A DNA stretch of 32,000 nucleotides, taken from positions 1 to 32,000 of the forward strand of contig NC_000908.2 in the NCBI RefSeq assembly GCF_000027325.1, read 5' to 3'. Source of the stretch: Mycoplasmoides genitalium G37. Its GTDB lineage: Bacteria; Bacillota_I; Bacilli_A; Mycoplasmatales; Mycoplasmoidaceae. A program made the position numbers and the translations under genes. The number at the start of each line of letters is the position of its first letter. The stretch's first letter is position 1. This document shows, one piece after another, positions 12,725 to 23,558 of the stretch. The notes beneath the pieces were generated by a model, which saw only the letters and a list, made by a program, of their open reading frames with translations, made no database searches and had not been told where the DNA came from.

Positions 12725-13564
12725 GAATTTTTTAAATTTACTAATAATTGTTCTGATAATTATTTTAGTGATATTTAAATCTGGACAAAGCTGAACTAAA
12801 GCTCTCGCACCAGCAGCATCTTCAATTTCATTAACAATAACCCTATTATATCTATTTAAAAAGAAGTCAATAGCATAATAACCTTCCCTTAGGCGTTTAG
12901 CTATTTTCTTTATTTTTCTTTTAGTAAATCACTTTAATTTAAACAAGGAAACTTCAGCACCTTGTGAAAAGTTAGCTTTAAATTGATTAGCATTAGAAAT
13001 TTTTTTAATAACTTTAATTATTTTTCCAAACAAAATATAAGCACGATATTCAACTGTGCCAATTGATAAAAAAGGTTGAACAATTCATTCTGTTGCATTT
13101 TCAATGTTTAAATGTTTGATCTCGTCAGCACTATTAACTAAATGTACATCTTTTCCACCGTGTGAATTACGTTTCTTAACGATGACAGGAAATGATTTGA
13201 TTGTTTCTTTACTAAGAAGAGAAGAATTGACAGTTAGAAATCTATTTTGTTTTAATCATTTATATGTTTCGTATTTATCGTTTGCTATAAAAACAACATT
13301 AAAAGGATTAACTAAAAAAGTATTTATTTGATTATTGGTTTTTAAAAAATCTACTTTTCTTGAACGATTTAAAATCAATTCAGCTTCATTAATTTTAGCT
13401 TCGAAATTAATGTCTTTATTTTCAAGTAATAAGACTTCAGCATTTAGTTTTTTCTTTTGTAATTCCTTGATTAGACTTAAAGCAAATGTTTGATTTTTTT
13501 CAAAATCATCCTTGTTGTCATAAACAACTAATGCTTTTCTGTTTTTTAATTTAATTTTTCCCAT
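12701..13564 (-). CDS. ATP-grasp (RimK-like) ligase paralog A (MG_011-like), 287 aa
   Basis: Minus frame from CAT 13562-13564 to TTA 12701-12703 with TGA=Trp: MGKIKLKNRKALVVYDNKDD...SFPVIVKKRNSHGGKDVHLV...WIVQPF...EYRAYILFGK...YYAIDFFLNRYNRVIVNEIEDAAGARAL. Confidence 0.75.
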
Positions 13565-13568
13565 TAAT

Positions 13569-14432
13569 CTAAATTGCTTTTAAAAGCTCAATTGCAAGAT
13601 TAGTATTTAAATACATTGAGCTTCTTGTTAATTGCACATTAGGATTTACTTCACAAAAGATCAATGATCTGTCTTGATCAAACAAAAAATCAATACCGCA
13701 ATAAAAAAGTTGCATTACTTTACTAATTTTAACTGCTAAATTTTCTTGTTCCTTATTCAAAAAAAAGCGTTCTGCCTTTGCCCCTTTATTGAGATTAGAA
13801 CGAAAATCACTATTATTAGTTGTATGTAAAGCACCTATAACTTTATTGTTCACAACAATAACTCTTACCGATTCACCTTTAGAGCAAGTAATGTATTTTT
13901 GCACAATTGCTTGTTGATTAAAAGACATTAAAGTTTTTCTTAATTTTTGTTCATCTAAACACAAAAAAACATAATCACCAAAAGAACCAAAAACACTTTT
14001 AACAATAACAGGAAACTCCATACTTTGTTTTATTTGATTAATAAAAACATCGAGCATTACTGGATTTCACTCCCTGTCAAAATTTTGAGGTCCTAAAAGT
14101 GTTTTAATCTGCTTTATGAATGGATATTGTGCAATGATAGCGTGACTAAGTCCTTTATTATCTGCATTGTTAATTCCAATTGAACTGTTAATTACTTCAA
14201 AACCATTGCTTTCTAGTCATCTAGCTAAAGCAATATTTTTATCCATAAAAAGAATTTTGTTGGATATGAAGGGTAAATTTGCTTTTGCTTTAGTTGTATT
14301 AATATCAAAACTAGTAAAGAATTTTAGTTCTATATCTAACTCTTCACTAGCATTTTTTAAAAGTTGAGTTTGATTTAATTTAGAGCTAATTGGATTAAAT
14401 GCTGGATTGTAAACAACGTTTATTTTTTTCAT
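13569..14432 (-). CDS. ATP-grasp (RimK-like) ligase paralog B (MG_012-like), 287 aa
   Basis: Minus frame: MKKINVVYNPAFNP...INNADNKGLSHAII...FPVIVKSVFGSFGDYVFLC...AIVQKYITCSKGESVRVIVVNNKVIGAL...YCGIDFLFDQDRSLIFCEVNPNVQL; track fragments 13569-14057 and 14217-14432 joined by TGA(Trp). Confidence 0.85.
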
Positions 14433-15216
14433 GCAATATTCAAAGATTTTTTATTATTGCTAAAACTGTAAAAGGGCCAACACCGCCAGGCGTTTTAGTT
14501 CATCATCTAGCTTTTTTTTCAATGCCTTCAGGATTTATATCACCACAAAGTTTATTTTGCTTGTTTCTTGAAACACCTATATCAAATAAAATAACTCCTT
14601 TTTTAAAGTTTTTAGCTTGAAAAAAATGAGATTTTCCAATAGCAGTAAAAACTATATCAGCACTTTTAATCAATTCAAATGTATTTGGAGTATCTTTATC
14701 GCATGCTTGAACTTTATAACCACTAGTTTTTAAAAATTCATAAATAGGTTTGCCACCAGTTATTCCCAAACCTACCACAACAATTTTTTGATTATTAAAT
14801 TCAAGGTTAAATAGTTCTTTTAGTGTTATTATAGCTTCAACTATACAAGGTTTAATTTCAGCCAAATGATTAGTTGTTAAACCATCAACATCTTTTAAAG
14901 GATTAATTGCTTCTAGTAGTGAGTTTTTATCTAAGTGTGGATAAACTGGCAATTGCAAAATGATACCAGTAACATTTACATCATGATTTAAACTAATTAT
15001 TTTTTCTATTAACTCTGCTTGAGTTATTTGATTAGATAGTTTAATTAATTCACTTTTTGCTCCTACAGTGTTACAAGCAATAAGTTTTTGTTTAATAAAA
15101 CTGTCTGATGAATCATCATCATTAGCTTGAATAATCACTAACTTACATTTTGATCAATCAAAATTCTTGTAAGTTTCTAAGATTGATTGCGCTTTTAGTT
15201 TTCCATCAAATGACAT
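14395..15216 (-). CDS. folD: Bifunctional methylenetetrahydrofolate dehydrogenase/cyclohydrolase, 273 aa
   Basis: MSFDGKLKAQSILETYKNFDWSKCKLVIIQANDDDSSDSFIKQKLIAC...GIILQLPVYPHLDK...DVDGLTTNH...VVGLGITGGKP...TPGGVGPFTV; stop TAA at 14395-14397. Confidence 0.92.
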
Positions 15217-15240
15217 CTTATTTTGCCTAATATAAAACAA

Positions 15241-15281
15241 AACGTCTAACTTCTTATTTATGCAAAGGTAAGTTAGACGTT
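15241..15281 (-). terminator. Inverted repeat, candidate terminator of the tRNA-Ile/tRNA-Ala transcript
   Basis: Perfect 12-bp arms AACGTCTAACTT (15241-15252) / AAGTTAGACGTT (15270-15281), 17-nt loop, followed on the minus strand by T-rich TTGTTTTAT; sits between the tRNA-Ala 3' end and folD. Confidence 0.6.
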
Positions 15282-15293
15282 GGAATTCTTTAA

Positions 15294-15369
15294 TGGTGGA
15301 GATGAAGGGTCTCAAACCCTCAACCTCCTGAGTGCAAATCAGGTGCTCTATCAGTTGAGCTACATCCCC
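15294..15369 (-). tRNA. tRNA-Ala (anticodon TGC)
   Basis: Minus: GGGGATGTAGCTCAACTGATAGAGCACCTGATTTGCACTCAGGAGGTTGAGGGTTTGAGACCCTTCATCTCCACCA; cloverleaf pairing and encoded CCA. Confidence 0.95.
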
Positions 15370-15374
15370 ATTAT

Positions 15375-15451
15375 TGGTGGAAGTAAATGGACTTGAACCA
15401 TCGACCTCACCCTTATCAGGGGTGTGCTCTAACCAACTGAGCTATACTTCC
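15375..15451 (-). tRNA. tRNA-Ile (anticodon GAT)
   Basis: Minus: GGAAGTATAGCTCAGTTGGTTAGAGCACACCCCTGATAAGGGTGAGGTCGATGGTTCAAGTCCATTTACTTCCACCA; cloverleaf pairing and encoded CCA. Confidence 0.95.
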
Positions 15452-15481
15452 AAGCATAATCCTAAGGGTATTTAACTAATT

Positions 15482-15487
15482 ATTATA
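15482..15487 (-). promoter_or_regulatory. Candidate -10 box (TATAAT on minus strand) for the tRNA pair
   Basis: Plus-strand ATTATA about 31 nt beyond the tRNA-Ile 5' end. Confidence 0.4.
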
Positions 15488-15554
15488 ACAATTTTAATTT
15501 AACCAAAATACCCCTCGAATTTTAACAGTTTTTATAATCAAAACAGCTAATTTT

Positions 15555-17426
15555 ATGGGGCTTGTTTTAAAAGAATTTAACAATAAAATAAGAACAGCAT
15601 TAATTCTCGCTCCTTTTTTCACTTTCGCTCAGATAGTGATTGATTTAATCATTCCTTCTTTTTTAGCAAGTGCTATTTCAGTTGTGTTTTCAATTGATAA
15701 ATTAAAACAGGATGAGTCAGGCGGAAAGACAATTTCAGTTGATTTTATTGGTGGGGCTAATATTAATTTTGCTAATGTAAGAGAAGCGCAAATAGTTTTA
15801 GCAACCACAGTTATTTTACTTGCATTATGTGGACTTTTTTTTGGTCTAATATCTATTTATTGTGCAAGTTATGTTTCAGCAAACACTTCTTTTCTATTAA
15901 GAAAAAAGATCTTTGCAAAATTAATGCGAATCACAACCCCATCACATGACCATTATGGTTCTTCTACTTTATTAGTTAGATTAACAAATGATGTTTATTT
16001 GATGGAGGTAATTGCTTTTGATTTTTTAAGGCTAATTATTCGTGCTCCGCTTTTGTTTATAGGTGGATTAGTGTTTGCAGTAACTACAAATCAAGATATG
16101 TCAATATCTTTACTAATTACTTTTCCTTTGATTCTTTTGGTAATTGGTATTCTAAACCGTAAATCTATTCCTTTATTTAAAGAAAATCAAAAATCAGTTG
16201 ATAAGATAAATGAAAGAGTAGAAGAAGATGTTTCAGGTTATAAAGTAATTCAATCTTTTAATCTTCATTCCTTTACAAATAACAAATTTAAGATTGCAAA
16301 TGAAGGATGAAAAAAGAATAGTACAAGTTCTTTATTTATAAACTCACTTAACATTCCATTTACCTTTTTTTTAAGCAGTTTAACTATTATTATTGCTCTA
16401 CTATTAGTTTTTCAATTAGATAGTAGTGTTTCAGTTGACCCATTACCGCAGGATGCAGCTATTAGACCTAATATCTTTGCTTTTTTCCAATATAACTTTT
16501 ACATTGTTTTAGGGTTTATCTTAACCTCTTTAACAATGGTGAACTTTAATCGTTCTAGAGTTGCACTAGGCAGAATTAAAGATATTTTATCTCAGCCTGA
16601 AATAAAAACTATTACAAATAAAGATCAAAAAGAATTATTACCTACCTTGGAGTTTAGAAATATCTCTTTTGGTCTTGGCAATAAGAACAATAACAATTTT
16701 TTACAAAATCTTAGTTTTAAATTTGAAGCATATAAAACATATGGTATTGTTGGGCCTACAGGCTCTGGAAAATCTTTAATTGCTAACATTATCGGTGGTT
16801 TATATGAGCCTAATGAGGGTGAAATTCTCATTGGTGGGGAGAAAATTCAATCTATTGACAGTTTATATCTATCAGAAATGATAGGAATTGTTTTCCAACA
16901 AAACATCCTTTTTAAAGGAACAATTTCTTCTAATATAAAAATTGGTATTGAAACTAGAAGTGATTGAAAGAATCAATCTGATTTACAAAAGAATGAAGCG
17001 ATGAAAAACGCAGCTAAAATAGCTTGCGCTGACACCTTTATTGAAAAGTTTTCTGATAGTTATGATCACAATGTTGAACAGTTAGGTAAAAACTTATCTG
17101 GTGGACAAAAACAAAGAGTTGCTATTGCAAGAACTTTAATTACAAAACCAAGAATTTTAGTTTTTGATGATAGTATGAGTGCTCTTGATGCTCTAACTGA
17201 AAAAAAAGTAAGAGAAAATATTGAAAATGATTTAAAGCTAACTACCAAAATCATTATTAGTCAAAACATTAATTCAATTAAACACGCAGATAAAATTTTG
17301 GTAATTGATAATGGCAGAATTGTTGGTTTTGATAGTGATCAAAAGCTAATGAAAAATTGTTCACTTTATCAAAAGATGAAAGAATCTCAAAAAGATTTGG
17401 GAGGTGATTTTGATGCAGTTAACTAG
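15555..17426 (+). CDS. ABC exporter half-transporter (TMD-NBD), 623 aa (MG_014-like)
   Basis: TMD segments plus YGIVGPTGSGKSL Walker A, NLSGGQKQRVAIART signature, PRILVFDDSMSALD Walker B; fragments 15555-16310, 16536-16967 and 17001-17426 in one frame. Confidence 0.93.
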
Positions 17427-19242
17427 TGTAAAACCAAGTTCTTGAAAGATTTTAAAGAGATTAATTACTTCAATGGAAGGAAGTTGAAGTTATAAATTAC
17501 TTTATGTTTTTTTGTGTATAGTTCTTGGTATTTTATATGGAATTGCTAACCCTATCTTATTAGCACAAGGTCTTGGTTTTATTTTTCCTATTACTAGTAG
17601 TAATGGTCGTGCTGTTGACTCAATATATTCATTAATTTACCCAACAAATTTAAATGTATTCATTAGGCTCACAATTGTGAGCGTAACTGTTTTTGTAGCT
17701 TATGCATTAATCTTTGTATTTAATGTAGCGCAAAACTATGTAGGGATTAAACTTTACCAACAAACATGTGCTACTTTGCGTTGAAAGGCATATTTAAAAA
17801 TGCAGAGTATGTCAACCAGCTTTTTTGATACGCAAAATAATGGTGATCTTATGAGTAGGTTAACTAATGATATGTATAACATTGATAACCTATTCACTCA
17901 AGCTGGTGGACAAGCTATTCAAAGTTTGTTTAATATTTTAACAACCTCAGTATTAATATTTTTATTAAGCCCAGTTATTGCACTTATTTCACTTTCAATT
18001 TTAGCTACATTAATTACTTTTTCTTTTGCCTTTCTAAAGAAATCAAAAACTTCATATAGTCAAGTACAAAATAATTTGGGTGATATGTCTGGTTATATTG
18101 AAGAGGTTTTAACTAATCATAAGGTTGTTCATGTCTTGAAGTTGCAAGAGATAATGATTAAGGATTTTGATCAATACAACAAATCAATGATCAAACCAAC
18201 TGTAAGAGGGAATACATATTCGATCTTTCTTTTTTCTTGGTTTGGTTTTATATCAAATATTACTTATCTGGTTTCTATATCAATTGCTACTGCTTTTAGT
18301 GTTAATTCTATTCCTTCATTTGGAATTAGTGTTATTAACTATTCATTCATGTTGTCTTACATTGCTTCTTTAAGGCAAATAACTTTAGCATTAGATCAAA
18401 TCTTTACCCTTTGAAACTTAGTTCAATTAGGGGTTGTTAGTGCAGAAAGAGTATTTAAGGTATTAGATCTTAATGTAGAGAAAGATACTGCTACTATTGA
18501 CAAATTACCTGATATTAAAGGTAATATAAGGTTTGAAAATGTAGCATTTGGTTACAATAAAGATAAACCTACTTTAACAGGAATTAACTTTAGTGTTAAA
18601 CATGGAGATGTAGTTGCAATAGTAGGTCCTACAGGAGCTGGTAAATCAACTATTATTAATCTATTGATGAAATTCTATAAACCTTTTGAAGGAAAGATTT
18701 ATATGGATAACTTTGAAATTAGTGATGTAACTAAAAAAGCATGAAGAGAAAAGATTTCTATAGTATTACAAGATTCATTCTTATTTAGCGGCACAATTAA
18801 AGAAAATATTCGTTTAGGCAGACAGGATGCTACTGATGATGAGATTATCGCTGCATGTAAAACTGCTAATGCTCATGATTTCATCATGCGTTTACCAAAA
18901 GGATATGACACTTATATTTCCAATAAAGCAGATTATCTTTCTGTTGGTGAAAGGCAATTATTAACAATTGCCAGAGCAGTAATCCGTAATGCTCCAGTTT
19001 TGCTCTTAGATGAAGCAACTAGTTCAGTTGATGTCCATTCAGAAAAATTAATTCAAGAATCAATAGGAAGGTTAATGAAAAATAAAACTTCTTTTATAAT
19101 TTCTCATCGTCTTTCAATTATTCGTGATGCAACATTAATAATGGTTATTAATGATGGTAAAGTACTTGAAATGGGTAATCATGATCAGCTGATGAAACAA
19201 AATGGATTTTATGCACGTTTAAAACAATCTTCGGTTCGTTAA
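17413..19242 (+). CDS. ABC exporter half-transporter (TMD-NBD), 609 aa (MG_015-like)
   Basis: MQLTSVKPSSWKILKRLITSMEGSWSYKLLYVFLCIVLG...; AIVGPTGAGKSTI Walker A, YLSVGERQLLTIARAV, LLLDEATSSVD, FIISHRLS; frame continues through TGA(Trp). Confidence 0.93.
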
Positions 19243-19251
19243 TAAATTCTA

Positions 19252-22200
19252 ATGACTGTTGCTGAAATTAAAAAACTTGCATTAAATAATCAGGTATTTA
19301 ATGAAGCAAAAGCGCTTTTAGAAAAAGGTAATGTTATTTTTCCAAAAAAATTCTTAAAGCGAAAGAAGATCATTATTGAAGTATTAGATGGTAAGGTTTT
19401 TAAGGTTCAAATTAATTTAAAAACCGCTGCTGCACACTTGGATTGTAGTTGCTCTAATGATAAGCAAAATTGCGTTCATATAATTGCAGCGCTTTTGAAA
19501 TATAATGATCTAAAAAATCAAGATAACAAAGAATTTGACCTTAATAAAGCCGATAAATTAGAGTGCAAAGAAGTTGAAATTCTAATTGAAAATGTTAGCT
19601 TAGCAATTGTTAATGGCAGCTGAAAATTAAAGATAGGTTTTGTAATTAATATTGATAAAGTTCAAACTAATACAACTGCTTTACGTTTTTATTGTTGTGA
19701 TAATAAAGATGTTTATTTTCTACATACTGAAGATGAACAACTTTTCAGGATTGCTTTAGATAAATTTAATAGTGTTGAAAGACAAACATTATTAATTTTT
19801 GATCAGCTAAATAAAACAAAGCAAATGCAATATGAAAATAACAGTTTGCTTTTTAATTTAGATCAATTCCTAAGCCTAGTTAAGGAAGTTAAAAAACCTT
19901 CATTATTCTTATTAAATGAGGATAAAACTGACAATATTCTTTTCTTAAGAAGTCAACATAAAATCAATGGATTAAGCCACGTTTGTGGTTTTTTAAATAA
20001 TAAGGTTTTTGATTTTGTATCCTACAATGAAAAAACTAAGCAAATTGTTTTACGCTTAGCTTATCTTAATAAGTTCACTGATTTTAAATTTCCATACAAC
20101 ATTAACATCTATAAACTTGCTTTTGGAGAAACATTATTTTTCCATTTTTTAATCCATTTAAAAATGAATGGTTTTAAAAACATCTTTTTTCAAAGTGATG
20201 TTGTTATTGTTAAGGAAAGTGAATATCTACCTAAGATGTTTTTGACTATTGAATTTAATACACAAAAAAACAAGTTTATAACTGATGCTTTTTTTAAATA
20301 TAAGAATAAAAATAGCAATACTTTAACAACTGTTTACCCCCATCGCTATTACTTAGCTCAAAAAACTAATACATCAAACTTCAACCGTTTACTTTTTTAT
20401 GAACAAGCACTACAAAGGTTTTATGAAGAATTATTTCAAATAGATTATTTAAGAAGATTTGAAAACATTCCCATTAAAGATAAGAATCAAATTGCGCTTT
20501 TTAAAACTGTTTTTGATGATTACAAAACCATTGATTTAGCAGAATTGAAACTTACAAGTAATCTCTTAAATTACAAACAGTTACATTTTTCAATAAGTGA
20601 TATTAAAGCTTTAAAAATTGAAGATAGACAACTAAAAATTGAATTTAAAGCTGGCGGGATAGATCTAAAGTTAATTAAAAGTGTTTTAAGTAACTACTAT
20701 AAGGGTAATGCTATTTGTATTGGTGAAGATGGTTGATATGATTTGAACGATGAAAATGCTAAAGCACTAATTTCATTTTGGAGTCAAATTGACTTAAGAA
20801 ATGCTACTTGTGATGCTAATAACAATTTGCTTCTTGCTAAATACCACTTGTTTGAAGTTGTAGATACTATTAGTAAATACACTGATGTAACTAATTTATT
20901 AGATGAAAAAACAGCCTTACAATTAAAAATAGCTAGTGAAAATCAATTTCATCTTTCGTTAGATAATAACCAAATTAATAACTTACGCAAATATCAAAAA
21001 GAAGGAGTTAAATGGATAAGGGCATTAGAAGATAATCAGTTTGGTGGAATTTTAGCAGATGAAATGGGGTTAGGTAAAACTGCTCAAGTGATCTTTGCAA
21101 TGCTGGATAGTTATCAATCAACAAAATCACTTTTACCTAGTTTAATTATCGTTCCAGCATCCTTACTCTTAAATTGAAAAAGTGAGTTCCAAAAGTTTGC
21201 ACCTCATGTGAAAATAGTTACTGCTAATGGCAATTTTAAAGAACGCTCGCAGGTATATGAATCATTAAAAAATCAGATTTTGTTAATGAGTTTTAATGTC
21301 TTAAGAAGTGATATTAAATGAATATCTCAAAAAAAGTTCCATTATGTAGTAATTGATGAAGCACAAGGAATCAAAAATGAAAATTCTACTGTAACAAAAG
21401 CCGCTAAAAAAATTAAAGGTAATTTTTGCTTAGCACTTACCGGTACTCCTATTGAAAATCGTTTGCTTGATCTTTGATCTTGTTTTGATTTTGTTTTACC
21501 AAATTTCCTTGGTAATAAAAAACAGTTTTCAGATCAATTTGAAAAAGAAAAAAATGATGAAAGCTTTCAAAAATTAATGAAAAAAACGAGTCCTTTTATT
21601 TTAAGAAGGACTAAAAATAAAGTTTTAAAAGAACTACCTAAAAAAATTATTACTGATATCTATGTTGAACTTAGTGAAGAACATCAAAAACTGTATGATA
21701 AACAAAAAACAGATGGTTTGAAGGAGATTAAAGAAAGTGATGCTAAAAATGCTTTAAATATCCTTAGTTTAATCTTGAAATTAAGGCATATTTGTAGCTT
21801 AGTTAAAGACAATGATGTTAATGATTTTGAAGATAATTCCAAAGCTAATGCAGCTTTAAACATTATTTATGAAGCACTTGAAAATAAACGCAAAGTTATT
21901 TTGTTTACTCAATTTTTAGATGTAATTGATTGTTTTAAGCAAACTTTAAAAAATCAAAAGATTGATCACCTGGTATTTGATGGTAGAAAAACTGTGAAGA
22001 ATAGAAACACTATTATCCAGAAGTTCAATAGTGCTAAAGAACCTTGTGTGATGCTAGCTTCTTTAAAAGCTGGTGGAGTTGGTATTAACTTAACTGCTGC
22101 TGAAGTTGTTATTCATTTTGATGTGTGATGAAACAGTGCTGTTGAAAATCAAGCAACTGATAGAGCACATCGTATTGGTCAAAGTAAAACTGTACAAGTT

Positions 22201-22347
22201 TATAGAATTATTGCTAAAAATACTATTGAAGAGCGAGTTTGTCAAGTTCAGAATCAGAAACAAGAACTTGTTAAAAAAACCTTGGTTGAGGATGTAAATT
22301 TCTTTAAATCTCTTTCACATGAAGAACTCTTAAAGCTTTTTGAATAA
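19252..22347 (+). CDS. SNF2-family helicase with N-terminal SWIM zinc finger, 1031 aa (MG_018-like)
   Basis: [23 protein letters not shown] (CxCx7CxH SWIM); [15 protein letters not shown] motif I, VIDEAQ (DEAQ), [45 protein letters not shown]; five track fragments plus TGA joins share one frame, TAA 22345-22347. Confidence 0.92.
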
Positions 22348-22356
22348 AGCAAGAAT

Positions 22357-22388
22357 TATAATTAACACTCTAAGGATGCAAGTGATAA
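22357..22388 (+). promoter_or_regulatory. Candidate -10 box (TATAAT 22357-22362) overlapping a CIRCE-like operator (22362-22388)
   Basis: TTAACACTC-N9-AAGTGATAA against CIRCE consensus TTAGCACTC-N9-GAGTGCTAA: 15 of 18 arm positions, exact 9-nt spacer, abutting the dnaJ ATG. Confidence 0.75.
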
Positions 22389-23558
22389 ATGGCTGCTGGT
22401 AAAAGGGATTATTATGAAGTTCTAGGGATATCTAAAAACGCTAGTTCTCAAGACATAAAAAGAGCTTTTAGAAAGCTTGCAATGCAATATCACCCCGATC
22501 GTCATAAAGCAGAAAATGAAACTACTCAAAAACAAAATGAGGAAAAGTTTAAAGAGGTTAATGAAGCATATGAAGTTCTAAGTGATGAAGAAAAACGTAA
22601 GCTTTATGACCAGTTTGGTCATGAAGGGTTAAATGCTTCTGGTTTTCATGAAGCAGGGTTTAATCCTTTTGACATCTTTAATAGTGTTTTTGGTGAGGGA
22701 TTTTCCTTTGGAATGGATGGTGATTCACCATTTGATTTCATTTTTAATCGTTCTAAAAAACGTCAACAACAAATTGTTGTTCCCTATAACCTTGATATTG
22801 CTTTAGTAATTGAAATTAACTTTTTTGAAATGACTAATGGTTGCAACAAAACCATCAAATATGAAAGAAAAGTTTCATGTCATAGTTGTAATGGTTTTGG
22901 CGCTGAAGGCGGGGAAAGTGGATTGGATCTTTGTAAGGATTGTAATGGCAATGGTTTTGTTATTAAAAACCAACGTTCTATCTTTGGAACCATTCAATCC
23001 CAAGTCTTGTGTTCAACTTGCAATGGACAAGGAAAACAAATTAAAGTTAAGTGCAAAACTTGTCGTTCTAACAAATACACTGTTACCAATCAAATTAAAG
23101 AGATTAATATTCCAGCAGGAATGTATAGTGGTGAAGCTTTAGTTGATGAAAGTGGTGGTAATGAATTTAAAGGTCACTATGGAAAATTAATCATTCAAGT
23201 GAATGTATTGGCAAGTAAGATTTTCAAACGTAGTGATAATAATGTTATTGCCAATGTTTTAGTAGATCCAATGGTTGCTATAGTTGGTGGGGTAATTGAA
23301 CTACCTACTCTTGAAGGGATTAAAGAATTTAATATTAGACCAGGCACTAAGAGTGGCGAACAGATTGTTATTCCTAACGGTGGGATTAAATTCTCAAAGA
23401 GTTTTAAAAGAAAAGCTGGGGACTTAATCATTATTATTAGTTATGCACGTCCTTGTGAATACACTAACTTAGAATTGAAAAAATTACGTGAGTTTATCAA
23501 ACCTAATCAAGAGGTTAAACAATATTTAAATACTTTAAAAAATGAATACAAAACTTAA
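22389..23558 (+). CDS. dnaJ: Chaperone protein DnaJ (zinc-finger type), 389 aa
   Basis: [38 protein letters not shown]; four cysteine repeats [31 protein letters not shown]. Confidence 0.97.
   Translation: MAAGKRDYYEVLGISKNASSQDIKRAFRKLAMQYHPDRHKAENETTQKQNEEKFKEVNEAYEVLSDEEKRKLYDQFGHEGLNASGFHEAGFNPFDIFNSVFGEGFSFGMDGDSPFDFIFNRSKKRQQQIVVPYNLDIALVIEINFFEMTNGCNKTIKYERKVSCHSCNGFGAEGGESGLDLCKDCNGNGFVIKNQRSIFGTIQSQVLCSTCNGQGKQIKVKCKTCRSNKYTVTNQIKEINIPAGMYSGEALVDESGGNEFKGHYGKLIIQVNVLASKIFKRSDNNVIANVLVDPMVAIVGGVIELPTLEGIKEFNIRPGTKSGEQIVIPNGGIKFSKSFKRKAGDLIIIISYARPCEYTNLELKKLREFIKPNQEVKQYLNTLKNEYKT

Noticed and set aside
22837-23142. 101 aa plus-strand ORF in another frame inside dnaJ
   Set aside because: Overlaps the dnaJ zinc-finger region, whose repeats create a cysteine- and lysine-rich alternative reading; dnaJ is clearly the real frame.
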